From assembly GCA_001179505.1 (NCBI GenBank), contig CDMY01000153.1, positions 117,393 through 181,392 of the forward strand: a stretch of DNA of 64,000 bases, read 5' to 3'. Source of the DNA: Vitrella brassicaformis CCMP3155. Its lineage: Eukaryota; Protista; Chromerida. Positions 1 through 11,480 of this stretch are shown piece after piece. The notes beneath the pieces were generated by a model. The model was not told where the DNA came from. It saw only the letters and a program-made list of their open reading frames with translations, and searched no databases. Position 1 is the stretch's first letter. Each line of letters begins with the position of its first letter. The position numbers and the translations under genes were made by a program.

Positions 1-934
1 ACCTCCACACCCACAAAATACAGATAGCACACAATGACGACAATCTCCAGAAACAAGCGGAAGACATTAATCGAGGCCTGCATATCGTAGAGCTCCAGTG
101 TGAAGCCATGTCCCTCCAGCTGGTGGCTGATCGTGCCTCCAAGCGCCGCCTGAAAGACGACCGCGAAATGAAAGAACTTCTGCAGATTGGCGTTGTAGAA
201 ATACATGTCCGCAACAAAGCTGGCGAGACTCGCTTCAAACCACCCGTCCGCTCTCAGTTCTTCGATCCTCTGGTGCATGGCCGCCTCTCCCCCGTCGAGA
301 TTGACGTATTCGATGAATCCCCCCGCTCGCGAGTACCCCCTGCCTCGCGAGTAAGTGTACGTCTGGCCTGTCGAGGCGCCATCAAAGCTTGCCGTGTCCT
401 CATGTGATTTGAGTGAGAAGGACTTGAGATTCATTGTGCTCGGGTCGATTCGCTGCCTCCCGATGATCCGCGGATAGAAGCCTTTCACATCTTTCGGCGC
501 CAATGTGTTCTTCTCCACACGATGTCTCTTAAGAGAGAGCCGGGTCGTGAGCAGCACGTTGAAGAAGCCGACGGTGGGCAGCGGCCGGCTCTGATCGGCG
601 ACGCCCAGCTGTATGTCAAACGGCGATTCTTCATCTGTATATAGTGCCTTCAAAAATGCCGATGCCATCCATTCTCCGACCCCTTCCGTGCTGGTGATGT
701 TGGTGATGAATGTGCCCGACAACGAGGGAATTGAGAGAAATCTGTTCCGCAGCACTTGGTTGACCTGATAGGACGCTGGAATCGTCAGTTGAAGGAGATT
801 CACCGACGCAAAGCTGACAGGTAAGAGAGAAGGGCATGAATTGAGATTATCCTCACCGTTGCGCACTGTTGTGCGGCTCACCAGATGGCAAAGACGATGT
901 AGAGGATGGCATTCACAAGCAAACTGTCAGCCAT
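1..934 (-). CDS. Polycystin-2/TRPP (PKD2-like) cation channel, N-terminal part; runs off the window start
   Basis: Manual splice across intron ~821-878 gives MADSLLVNAILYIVFAICFASVNLLQL (S1-like), then ...TNITSTEGVGEWMASAFLKALY...YSRAGGFIEYVNL...LRADGWFEASLASFVADMYFYNANLQKFFHFAVVFQAALGG...LELYDMQASINVFRLFLEIVVIVCYLYFVGVE. This matches the polycystin TOP domain plus S2. The frame is open to base 1; the frame upstream of 934 is also open, so the start is uncertain. Confidence 0.8.
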
Positions 935-1231
935 TATAACCTCCCTCAAAGGGAATATGGCGATGAACCCCCCCGGAAGCTTCCGAGAGCGGACAAGGCA
1001 GGCCAGGACACCAAATTAGCACTCCATACACAACACACGTGGGCCGTTTGTCGTTTCGTTAAACCCATCTTGCCCTAATTCTTCTGTCTTAGCTCGCGTA
1101 CGGCGAAGGAAGAGGAGGAGGGAGAGGGGAGCAGGGGAGAGGTCGGTCACCACTCACCAGCGCCTCGCCATACGTATCCTTCGTCACTTTTTCGGCTTTT
1201 GATCTGACGCTGATCTGACACCGGCAGGCAG

Positions 1232-3136
1232 ATGGAGCTGACTCGGAGGATTGAGGTCTCACGACACAGTGATGACGACCCCCGCCCCTCTCCTCGGGGA
1301 TCAAGATCCCCTCTGACATGGCTGTCATCTCGAAGGCAGCCGTGCCCCTCCAGTCCCCCTTCCTCGCCCTGTTTGTTTCTGCTTTCGGACCAGAGCCTGG
1401 CGTTCGCCCTCTACAACGATGAGATCAAGCTGGAGGAGCTGATGGGTGGGCTGCCGAGCCAGGATGACTCGCCCTCCACCACTGGCCGAGCTCCCTCGTC
1501 CTCCGACTCCACCCCTCCCGGCATCTCACCCTCTACATCGACGAGCAACATCGGCATCGCATCGCCGCTTGCATCCTTGGCAATGGTCGTGCAGAAGGGC
1601 TTGCTCGAGGCCGACCTGCAGTACACCCAAGGCTTTCTGTTCGAGACCGCCCCGGTACTACTGTCGCTCCTGCAAATGGGTCCCCATGCGAGGCAATTGG
1701 TGTACGCGAGTCGCGTCTTCCAGCGCACGGTGGCCAAGATGCGTCAGCTGCGGTCATACGTGCGGACCCTGACGTGCGAGAAGGGCTGGATGGACATACC
1801 GGCGGAGAGGGGACTGAAGGTCACATATCGCACAGAAACAGACGCTGCGTTCGGGTGAGCAGACAGACAAGGGGGAGAGAGAAGGAACATGGGTGTTGCA
1901 CATCATGTCGTTCCCGTGTTGTCAGGCCCACCACTGTCAAGGTGTGTGGCGAGGTGGATGCCGCATTCAGCCATGTCATCCAGATCTGTACGGACACCAC
2001 ACAACACACCGAGGCAGGAATGTGTGTGTGTGTGTGTGTGCACGCGAAGTGGGCCTCTGATCTCCCCTCACATCACATCGCCTCACGAACCTTCGTTGTC
2101 CTCTGCGGTTTCTGCTGCTTTCAGGCTGTGAAGCAGGGATGATCAAGGATTGGATGCCGATGACCTCGTTCTCCGAGAGACTGCCGACAAGCCAGGCGAC
2201 AGCCGCGGGCGTGACCCCTGTCTTCGGAGTCTATCAGCTACAGGTGCGTTCGAAGGGGTAGGCACGCACACTCATGTACGCATCCATTCCTGTCCCTCCC
2301 GCACAGATGAGCATGCCTTTTCTCGCCAAACGTGAGTGGGTGCTGGACTACTATGACGCCCTGGGTGAGTTAGCGCATCCAAATGCATCTACACGTCTGT
2401 CATTCGACACTACCTGCCCCTGTCTGTCTGTCTGCCTGCCTACCTGCCTGCCTACCTGCCTGCCTACCTGCCTGCCTGTCTGCCTTATCAGATCGCGAGA
2501 CAGGTTGCGCGTGGGCCTTCATGGACAGTGTAGACGGCGATGGTCATCCTGACGTACCGTCGGAGGCTTTCCCACGGCATGATCCCCATGTGGTCAAGGG
2601 CACAATGCCCATCTCATGCTGCCTCATCAAGCCAGTTGGCCCAAACCGCGTCTACATTGAAGCGCTCACCAACGTGGACCTCAAGTTCAAGCTCCCGCAC
2701 TGGCTGCAGGTGCTGCTCTCGAAGATCGCCGGTGAGTGAGTGACAGTGGCACGTACGGACCATGTGGACGGTTTTCACATGTAGCCGATGTGTGCGTGTC
2801 TGTGCAGGCGTGAAGGGTTTCCAGGGCATGGTCAAGGCCACCAAGCTCATCAATCGGTCGGCCCATCACTCTGATTCGTGGGTGCAGAGCTACCACAGAA
2901 ACCTCAGATACATCCAACCGTACCAGGTGAGTTCCATTCCTCAGAATGATTAAGCAGCCCGATGCCCATCGGCCCGTCTGCCTGTGTGGTGTGATGTGCA
3001 GGAGTGCGCTGACAGGGCTTTGGCCAGGGCCGGGGGCGTCAGGAGGGCAGGAGTGTCGAGTGAGGACCTCCCCAAGTTCCCCCTGCTCGACCACCTCGAT
3101 AACACGGCTCATGAGCCATTGGTGCCTCTTTGTTGA
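1232..3136 (+). CDS. START/SRPBCC-fold lipid-binding domain protein (multi-exon)
   Basis: Exons give ...EKGWMDIPAERGLKVTYRTE...VKVCGEVDAAFSHVI...IKDWMPMTSFSERL...MSMPFLAKREWVLDYYDAL...VKGTMPISCCLIKPVGPNRVYIEALTNVDLKFKLPHWLQVLLSKIA, the helix-grip pattern of START domains. TGA at 3134-3136. Start and exon 1 are uncertain. Confidence 0.65.
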
Positions 3137-3876
3137 CATGCTACTTTGGTAGTCCTGCGTATCTTCTTGATGCTCTATGGCGGTGTCACGTCGTGTGTAG
3201 GGGATTAGGTGGTCCATGGTGGGTGGTAAAGTGAGATTGTCCTGCTCGCCCGATTCCTTTTTGTGTTGTGCAGGAGTGAGGTTGCGTACGTGCGTAGCTT
3301 GAAGATGAGCAGACAGGTGCATGTTTGCGTGGATGCCTCTCTCATGTCGTATGCATGCCGCCCGAAAACGAGAGTGGCGAATGCGAATCTGTGAGTGCAA
3401 GTCGTGCATTCATGCCTCTGCCTTCGTCCGTCTGCCTATTGCTGCTGCTTCTACTGATCTATAAGCTGACTGCATGAATGATGCGGTGTCAATGCGTGTC
3501 TAGATCTGCATGTGGACCAGGTTCTATCCGTGTGCGTGTGCATTTGAGAGCGGGGGCGGTGCATGCATCTGTGTGGGTGTGCGTCCAACGACGTGGTGTT
3601 TGGACACTGCTAAGTATATTTGATTTGATGATGGCGTCTTTGGCCCCCCACGGCCCCCACTGGCAGTCTCAAGCAGTCTTGGAAACAACCAGGGTCTTTT
3701 GCACTTCTGACCCCGCGGGGAGTGTGAGACCCCGCCATTTCGGACACTGGTCTCAAGCAACCTCACGCAACTATATATGGCGTCCATTGCGCCGCACATC
3801 TATCTGCCCAATGAGGTGACTGTAAGCACTCGTCCTTCACAGATTCCTTCGCCGTGGTTGTTGCCGGGGTGTTTCC

Positions 3877-6800
3877 ATGCAGCCTGAGGTGGACTTGTTG
3901 CTGGTTGTGGTGGCGTATTTGGTCCTCGTTACGGTGCTCATCCTCCTATGCCGTTTGGTCCTCGCCTGCGGCCTCATCGCTACGCATCCCTTCACAAGCC
4001 CCGATGTCACGAAGAAGGGCCAGACATCGACGAGAAAGAGGCTCCATGACTACCTGTATGTCAAGTCAAACCTCGGCCACAGGTTGGTGGCCATCATGCA
4101 CGAAGACAGATCTTTATGGGCATTCATTTCGGCTCGATGGTTGATATCCCCCATTTGTCCACAGAATTGACCTGCTTCAGACGGTGGGGATGGTTGTTAG
4201 AAGTGCGGTGGGGGAAGCCATGAGTTGGTTGTGCGTGTCGATGACAGGTCCTGAGTGGTCTCAGCTGCGTCACGTATGTCGTGAGTAACACACAGACAGA
4301 GAGAGAGACAGGCTTGTACTCTATCTTTGTACGTCTGTCTGTATGTTACTTAGCTGCAAACGTACAAGATAGACGTCTTCGGGCTGCCAATGGAATTCAC
4401 CGTCGGCCTCTGCTTCCTTTTTGATTACATCCTGCGGTCAGTAGCTAGCTCAGCAAACACTCATGGCGCCACTCTCTTGTCTGTCGTTTGCTGCGCAGGT
4501 TTTACCTCGCTCCGAACAGGCTGACCTACTTGTTCTCCTTCTTTGCTATCGTCGATGTGCTCACGGTCGGTGGAATGCAAGGACATATGACATACCACGC
4601 CGGACGGCGGCATGACGAACGGTGTTGTGTGTGGTTAATGAATGTGTGATAGATAGCCCCGGTGTTTATCCAGGTGTTCCTTGTGGGATTCTACAATACG
4701 AGCGGGGACACCACACACACGCACGGAGACTTCTCGTATCTGCGTCTCATCCGGTTGATGAGGCTGCTGCGCATCTTGCGTGCCTTGAGGATCGTACGCT
4801 CTGCGCCCGAGAGCGGTCTTTGGCGTGAGATATTCCTGCTCGTCTTCACGGCGTTCACTCTGATCTTCACCACGGCCGGCTTCTATCAGGTGGGATTTGC
4901 ATTCATGACCGGCTTTCCGTCATCTTACCCTGTCTCCCTGTGTGGATGCAGGTGATGGAAGAGGGCCTGAGGGGCGTGGCAGACGCCGTTGATTTCCACC
5001 AGGCATTCTACTTCACCCTGATATCCACCGTGGGCAGACCTCGGTGAGACAGACAGACATCAGACGTGCGCTCGGATGACACCTGTCTCTGTGTGTTTGT
5101 GTCTCGGTCTTCAGCATCGAGAGCACTACATGGCGCGGGACGCTGGTGATCATCGGTGTGGTGGCACTGTCGATCATCATCATACCGCAGAAATTGGGGG
5201 AATTGTGGGAGGTCAGACACGACATCCAGTGGCTGGCCGGCCATTCAGTGACGCGCATATGTGTGTGTGTGTGTGTGCAGGTGCTCAAACACGAGAACAT
5301 CTACACGCGAAGGTGAGACACAAGACTAACACCATTATGGAGATGACCTGCGGTGCACCCGTCAATTTTCAGGCGTTATAAGGAGCAGAATTTTGCTCCC
5401 TCGCACTGCATAGTGGCAGGGGCAATTGACTTCTCCACCCTCAACGTTTTCCTCTACGAATTCTACCACGAAGACAGGCTCAGCAACCCTCGGGACATCG
5501 TAAGTTTCGCTGAAACGCTAGTGATGCTTTCCCGCGCTTCTCTTCTCATTCAGGTGGTTTTTTCCGAGCACGAGCCCGACAGGCGCATCAATGAGCTTCT
5601 TGACCACCCTGCGTACAATCAGATGGTGTCGTTCATCCAAGGGTCCGTGCACAGCGAGTACGACCTTGATCGCACCTGTGCACACTCGGCAAAGGCGATC
5701 TTCCTGTTTGTGGACAAGAACGCCTCGGACCACTCATTTGAGGACACGAGGATGATCTCCTTTGTGCTGGCACTGAAGAACTATTTCATGACGAGTGAGA
5801 AGTGTTTAAGTGTTCCCCGGCTGTGCGTGCAAGTGCTGCGGCGCGAGACACAGCAGCAGATATCCCGCGTGCTCGATGAAGAGACTAACGACACAGTGCG
5901 CAAAAACAACAGATGAGTCTTTCTGGCCAGCGGCAATGCCTCTCCGCTGTGTATGTGTGTTCAGGTAGTGTCGGTCGATACCATCACGAGCACCTTGATG
6001 GCGTTGAATACGGTTAATAGAGGCGTGCCAGCGGTTGTCATGAACCTGGTCCAGAACAAATACAGAGCACAGACGCCGGGATGGCGATTCTCGCCCTTTC
6101 TCTTTCTCTCTCTGTGTGTCCATGTGTGTATATGTGCTTACAGGTGAGTCATGTCGATCGCGGCCATCTGCTTAGCGAGGACGAGGACCAGTGGTTCACA
6201 AGCTACTACCAAGGCGCAACGTAAGAAGCAAAGACAGTCTGCGGCACACATGCAATGCTCCTGCTTCTCTTCTTGTCGTGGCAAGTCAGGAGATGTACAC
6301 AGTCCGCTTTACACAACCATCTCTTCAACATACCAAGAGCCATCCATTGCGAGCGTCGCTGCTCCAGAGCCGGCTGCTGCCCCTGGCCAACGGGGCCGAC
6401 GGCGTCTTCCTTTCCGGCATTGTGGACAGCCTGGTATGACATGAGAATGATTCACAACATGGACAGGCGCGACGCGGTAGCCCTGAAACAAATGTCTCCG
6501 CTCTTGATTTTTGTTCAGATAGGATGCTCAATGACACGAGCGGCTCACTTCCTGCTCTTTCAGTATGGGGTGGTGCTCTTCGCCCTCCAGAAAAGCGAGC
6601 AAGAGAGGCTCGTGCTGTTCCCTGGAAGGCGAGATGACGTGATCGAGGCATCTGACATAGGGTGCGTCATCACAGAGAACAAGCAGCGACTGAACCAGAT
6701 CAGCTCGCTGATGCAGAAGGTAATATGCAGAAGGTAATGTTACTAAGAGCTTTCCGAGCGTCATTTGGCTCCTCCTTTGTGCTGCTGTCTGGTGTAGAAA

Positions 6801-9800
6801 GGCTCATACATGGAGAACGAACCCCCGCCTGAGAGAGAGGGGCCGAACGAGCAGCGCCCCTCGGGCTGGGCAAGAGCCAAGGAGGGTGTAAAGCGACTGC
6901 TCAACCGGAAGTCTTCCGCCGACGTGTCTGATCCTGCTGATCAGCAAGCAGCGCAATCGAGGGCCAACACCAATGATGTGACGCCACCACAGCCCGCCGG
7001 AGAGCTCGCTGACAGCTACCCAGATTGCACAGGTAAGGAAGCGGTCTACAGAAGGCTGTGCACCCATACGTGTCTTTCTCTTTCTGCTCTCAACCTCAGA
7101 GACTCTCGAGGAGCTGGTCGATGAGGATGCACTGAGACACATGATGGTCGAAATTCAAATTGAGGCAGAGACAGAGAAACAGGATGACCAGCCGTCAGAA
7201 CCGATACCAAGAGGCATCATCAAGCCAAAGGATGCGCCAGTCAGCAGGTCACCCAACGTGCGCTTTTCGGTCGGACAGAACGAAACACCCGCGGCTGCGA
7301 ATGAGCGGGACACGGTATCGTCTCCTTCACTTGAACACTCTCTTGCAAGACCTTCTATACAAGTACGTGGGGAGGAAAGCTGCAGTCCGTCGATACAAGT
7401 GTGTCTGCTCGTGTGCGTCCAGCCTGCTCATTCGGCAGCGCCAGCCTCCCTTCCGCGCCACCAGCGGCGACCATCCTTTGTGTCCCCACCGTCGACTGGG
7501 AGGACCATCCCCTCCAGTCCGGCATTTTTCCTTGGCGACGACGATGCATCAAGACCTCACAAAGGATCGGTTCAACAGTGGGACTCCGGCAACGCCGTAT
7601 GCGCATCAGACTGAGGGAAAGCAAGAGCTGACACTTTGGCTGCCTCTGTGTGTCTTTGTGGGTCCAGGAACCCAAGAAGGTCATTCCGGGGGATGAGAAG
7701 CCCCATGCTGGTGGCATGTGTGTATCTGCGAGGCCGTCCGTGCACCCCCACCATCCGTCGGAGAGCACCTCTGCCTTTCAGGATGTGGGCTCGGATTCAA
7801 GGCCATCAGGGGCAGCCATGCAGCCCATCAGCATGCAGGCATCCACAGACATGCAGGGACAGGGGGAAGGACACGTTCGTGTGTCCCTTCCACCGGCTGG
7901 GATGTCACGGGAAGGTGCCAAGCGGATGCTGTACAACCTGCTGGGACGCGCATACGGAGGAGATGTGAGGCAGGCACAATTCCCTGAGAAATAGACCCCC
8001 AACTTCACTGTGTCTCCCTGTGTGTCAGTGTGGCAAGATGATGGAGGACATGAGGCAGCTCATGCCAACCAAGGAACAGCCGCCACGAGAACGAAAGTAG
8101 AACAGGGAAACAACCAGCTGTACGGCGAACGCTTCATTGCTCACCCACTGTCCTGCCTGTTTCCGCCTTTTGCAGGTGGCGCTCCGGTCACGTCCTCGTG
8201 TGCGGCATCCCCAGCGACCTGCGTGCTTTCATGGAGGGCCTAGGACGGAGACGCGATAAGGATGTCGTCATCCTCGATCCCACACTGAAGCACTTGGACA
8301 GGTGGTGCAGGCACTAAAGGATGGCCTATGCACGTGGCTCATTTTGGCTGCATTGCGATTCAGACGCCGTTCCGCTACAGCCTTTGATGTGGCAGAAGCG
8401 ACATCCTTCGCCGACCCTGTTACTGTCCGTGTCCTGTCGAAACTGAAGAAACTCTCTCAAAACGATCGGAAACGGTGAGGGAGACGCCATACAAGGTGAC
8501 GCGGCAAGTATCACCACTTCTCCTTATGTCATGTCCAGGATATGGCTAAAGGGCGGCACACCGATGAGCAAGAAGGATCTGCTCGAGGCTGGCGTGCGCA
8601 CGGCTGAAGCGGTGGTCGTGCTGCCGTCACACGCCACATGCTGTGACGATGTACAGATGTTCCTCAGGTACATAATTCATTGCTTGACACACATACAAAC
8701 GTCTATTACGTACTATCAGGCGTTTCGCTTCGGCCGATCGCAAGACACAGATCAAAATGCAGCAGGTGCGTGAATGACAAGTAAAGCCAAAGAATGACCC
8801 AGAAAGTCTGTCCCGGCTGCATGGTTGCAGACAGTCGATACCAACACGATCATGAAGGCGTATCTGATCCGGGCTGAGGCGGCAGTGTCCGATTATCTTA
8901 AGGGCGAGACGACCTTCATCGCCAGCCAGCTGCTACAGGGACAGGTGGGTGCCATGCCCAACACCAATCCAACGTATGACACATGCAGCTCTTTGTGTAT
9001 CTGCAGAATGTTAAATACTTTCATGGTGCTTTGGATGACCGGTACAAGCAGCGGACGAGTCGAGAGCATAACAGATGGCTCGACACAGCGCCGCTCACCT
9101 TCTCCAGGTCACCGAGTGAGCATGCCATGTTCACAATCCCATGTCTCCCCCATACATAAGCAGGCTGTTCGCGAGCGGCAAGTCGTTGTCGTGCACCATG
9201 GTGGATCGCATCGTCATAGAGTCTTTTTTCATCCCCAAAATTTCCAGTGTACTCTACAGCATGATCTACGGCGATGAGGACGGATCGCACCTGTTCCAGC
9301 TGGCACACATCCCCGACACCTACATAGGCAGACCGTACAAGAATCTTGCCGAAGATTTGATGCGCAAAGGGGTAGGTCTGCACGTATGCGCGTGTACATG
9401 CCGAGGAAGAAAGGCTCTGACACGTTCTCTGCGTAGTTGCTGGTCATAGGACTGTATCGTATGCCCGACGAGACCCCCGGCGATGATCCAGACCTAGATG
9501 TCTCATCGGATCCCGGCATGTCCCACCCTCCGGCAAACGACGCAACCCCACGGTCACCCCCGCGGTCTCCCGATACACACCACCAGCATCAGACCTCGTC
9601 TACACCAGCCAGTAGTCACAAGATGGCGGCCACACGATCGTCGTTGTCGGGCTATCTACAAGGTGCTGGTCGAGCGAGCATCAAGAGGATAGCGAAGAGC
9701 ATCCAGGTGGTCACCAGGAGCAGACGGTCCGCACTAGCCGTACCCGACCACATAAAGATGGCCCTGGCGAGCAAGAGGTGCGTCAAGAAGCGGGGCGGTG

Positions 9801-10557
9801 TGTGATTCTGTCCGGCAGTGCTCATTATGTCTCCTCTCGCTGCACTCAGATATCTAGACAAGATGCCCTACGTGATGACCAATCCACCTCTCAACGAACT
9901 GATTGAGGAGCGAGACCGTGTCTTCGTCATCGGGCGCGCTCCCGACGATGACGACATGGAAGATGCCATATGGGCTGCTGGCAACATTAGCAGCATTGCA
10001 AGCGTACGAAGCAAGAGGCGGGGCTTGCCACTGGTTCTGAAGCCACCTTCACTGTGTCTCTGTTGTGTTCAGCTGCCTTGTATTGATCGCAGCTCTCACA
10101 GCGCCCCTGATTTCTCACCTTGTGTTGGTGCCGCCGCGACCCACGACCCCTCGCAACAGGCCACATGGAGGTGAATGAATGCATGTCAATGCTGGCAGTA
10201 TGTCTATCCATTCTCTCCCACATCTCTCTCATTCATTGCAGACGCTCCTCGGCCAGCCTGCGTCGGCCGCCGCGCAAGTCCAGCCGACACTTTGCCGGGA
10301 TACGTGGAGGGTTCCGAGTGTCTGTCCTGCACTCGTCGCTGAGCCAGTCGACACAGACCAAGGATAGGGAGAGCATCAGCATATCGAAGAGACGGTCCAG
10401 ACTGCGGTCAGGTGTGAGGGGCAGAGACGGGAGGGATGATAAACACATGAGCTCTGCTGAGGGTGAGGACCTGACCCCCCCGCCTCGGCCCCTCAACTCA
10501 CTGATGACGGCGCTATTTGGGAAAAGAGGTTCCGGCGCGGACAATGAAGCGGAGTAG
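3877..10557 (+). CDS. Slo/BK-family (KCNMA1-like) channel: S0-S6 plus two RCK domains, with an atypical pore
   Basis: S0-like LLLVVVAYLVLVTVLILLC; S2 EFTVGLCFLFDYILR; S3 FFAIVDVLT; S4 FSYLRLIRLMRLLRILRALR; RCK1 HCIVAGAIDFSTLNVFLYEFYHEDR...QGSVHSEYDLDRTCAHSAKAIFL; RCK2 GGTPMSKKDLLEAGVRTAEAVVVL...FASGKSLSCTMVDRIVIESFF...VIGLYR...YVMTNPPLNELIEERDRVFVI. Many GT-AG introns. Confidence 0.9.
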
Positions 10558-11126
10558 ACAGACAGGCTGATGTAGACGCGCATGCGTGGTCGGTGGGTTG
10601 ACATGTGTCACTTCTGTGGATTTGTATCCGCCAGTTTTGATTTTGCTCAGCATCCTATCCATTGGGTGATGACGCGTGACAGCGTTCGTTCTGTTCACTC
10701 ACTCATGCAGCACCACAGTAATGCAGACACACATCTCTGATCCAACAGAGTTCATGAATATGTATGTATGTATGTATTCACATCTACAGCGAATGCACAG
10801 CAGAACTATTCACGGACGCACTGTACACCGTCTCAGCCCTCAAGATGCCTTGGGTGGTGTCATTGACCGGTAGAGGCACCCATGCATCAGAGCGGTCTTG
10901 CTCCGCTCTGCAGCAGAGATACCTGCATCCAGCCACACCACCAGGGCATCCTGGACGTGAAGCGAACAGCACCACCGTCCGCACAATATCATATATACTA
11001 CTACCCATCCACCCATCCACTTAGTACTGCTACACGTGTCCGTCTGGCTGTCCGTCTGCCTCTCCATCTTCTACGCATGCTCATCTCCGGCCGTCCAGCT
11101 CCCCAGCCAGTCAAGTCAGCATCACG

Positions 11127-11405
11127 TCATTTCAGCTTCTCCTCCATGAGCCTCCTCTTGCGCCTCTCGTGGAACTGATTGTAGTCCACAACTAGATGCA
11201 CGCCAGCAGTCAGCAGCCACAGCCCGACTAGCAGTCCTCCCCAGAAGCGCCACCCATGGCCCATGAAGCGCCATTCCTCAGCCTCCTTTGATGCAGCCCT
11301 TGCAGCAGCCGGCTTCTCTTCTGCATCTCCCGTTGCGGCGGTCTCTGCCAAGGACAGCAGTATCGGCGCAACAAACACCAATCCAACGATGAGCCAGATC
11401 TTCAT
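11127..11405 (-). CDS. Small (92 aa) predicted single-pass membrane protein with signal peptide
   Basis: MKIWLIVGLVFVAPILLSLA (signal-like), Ala/Glu-rich linker, WRFWGGLLVGLWLLTAGVHLVV (TM), then basic tail ERRKRRLMEEKLK*. The region is free of microsatellites. No family recognised. Confidence 0.55.
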   Translation of the reverse strand: MKIWLIVGLVFVAPILLSLAETAATGDAEEKPAAARAASKEAEEWRFMGHGWRFWGGLLVGLWLLTAGVHLVVDYNQFHERRKRRLMEEKLK

Positions 11406-11480
11406 TCGAAAGCTGGGAGGGCAGAGGAATGGCATTCTAAGCTCGCAAAACGGGGGGGAGCTGGTGGGAGTGTCCTTGCA
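11406..11480. promoter_or_regulatory. Putative bidirectional promoter (75 bp between divergent ATGs)
   Basis: Position between divergent CDSs only; depends on both starts being correct. Confidence 0.35.

Noticed and set aside
320-360. Direct repeat of palindromic ctcgcgagta
   Set aside because: Simply encodes YSRGRGYSRAG in the PKD2-like exon.
2687-3409. 240-aa minus-strand ORF
   Set aside because: Antisense to START-gene exons and its 3' region; no recognisable domain.
5044-5114. Hidden exon or alternative splice restoring GYGD in the channel pore
   Set aside because: No YGD/GYG-coding sequence in the intron in any usable frame; the canonical junction keeps the S6 frame.
6790-8170. Long low-complexity region in the channel gene as a separate gene
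   Set aside because: It appears to be the disordered RCK1-RCK2 linker; long variable linkers are normal in Slo channels.
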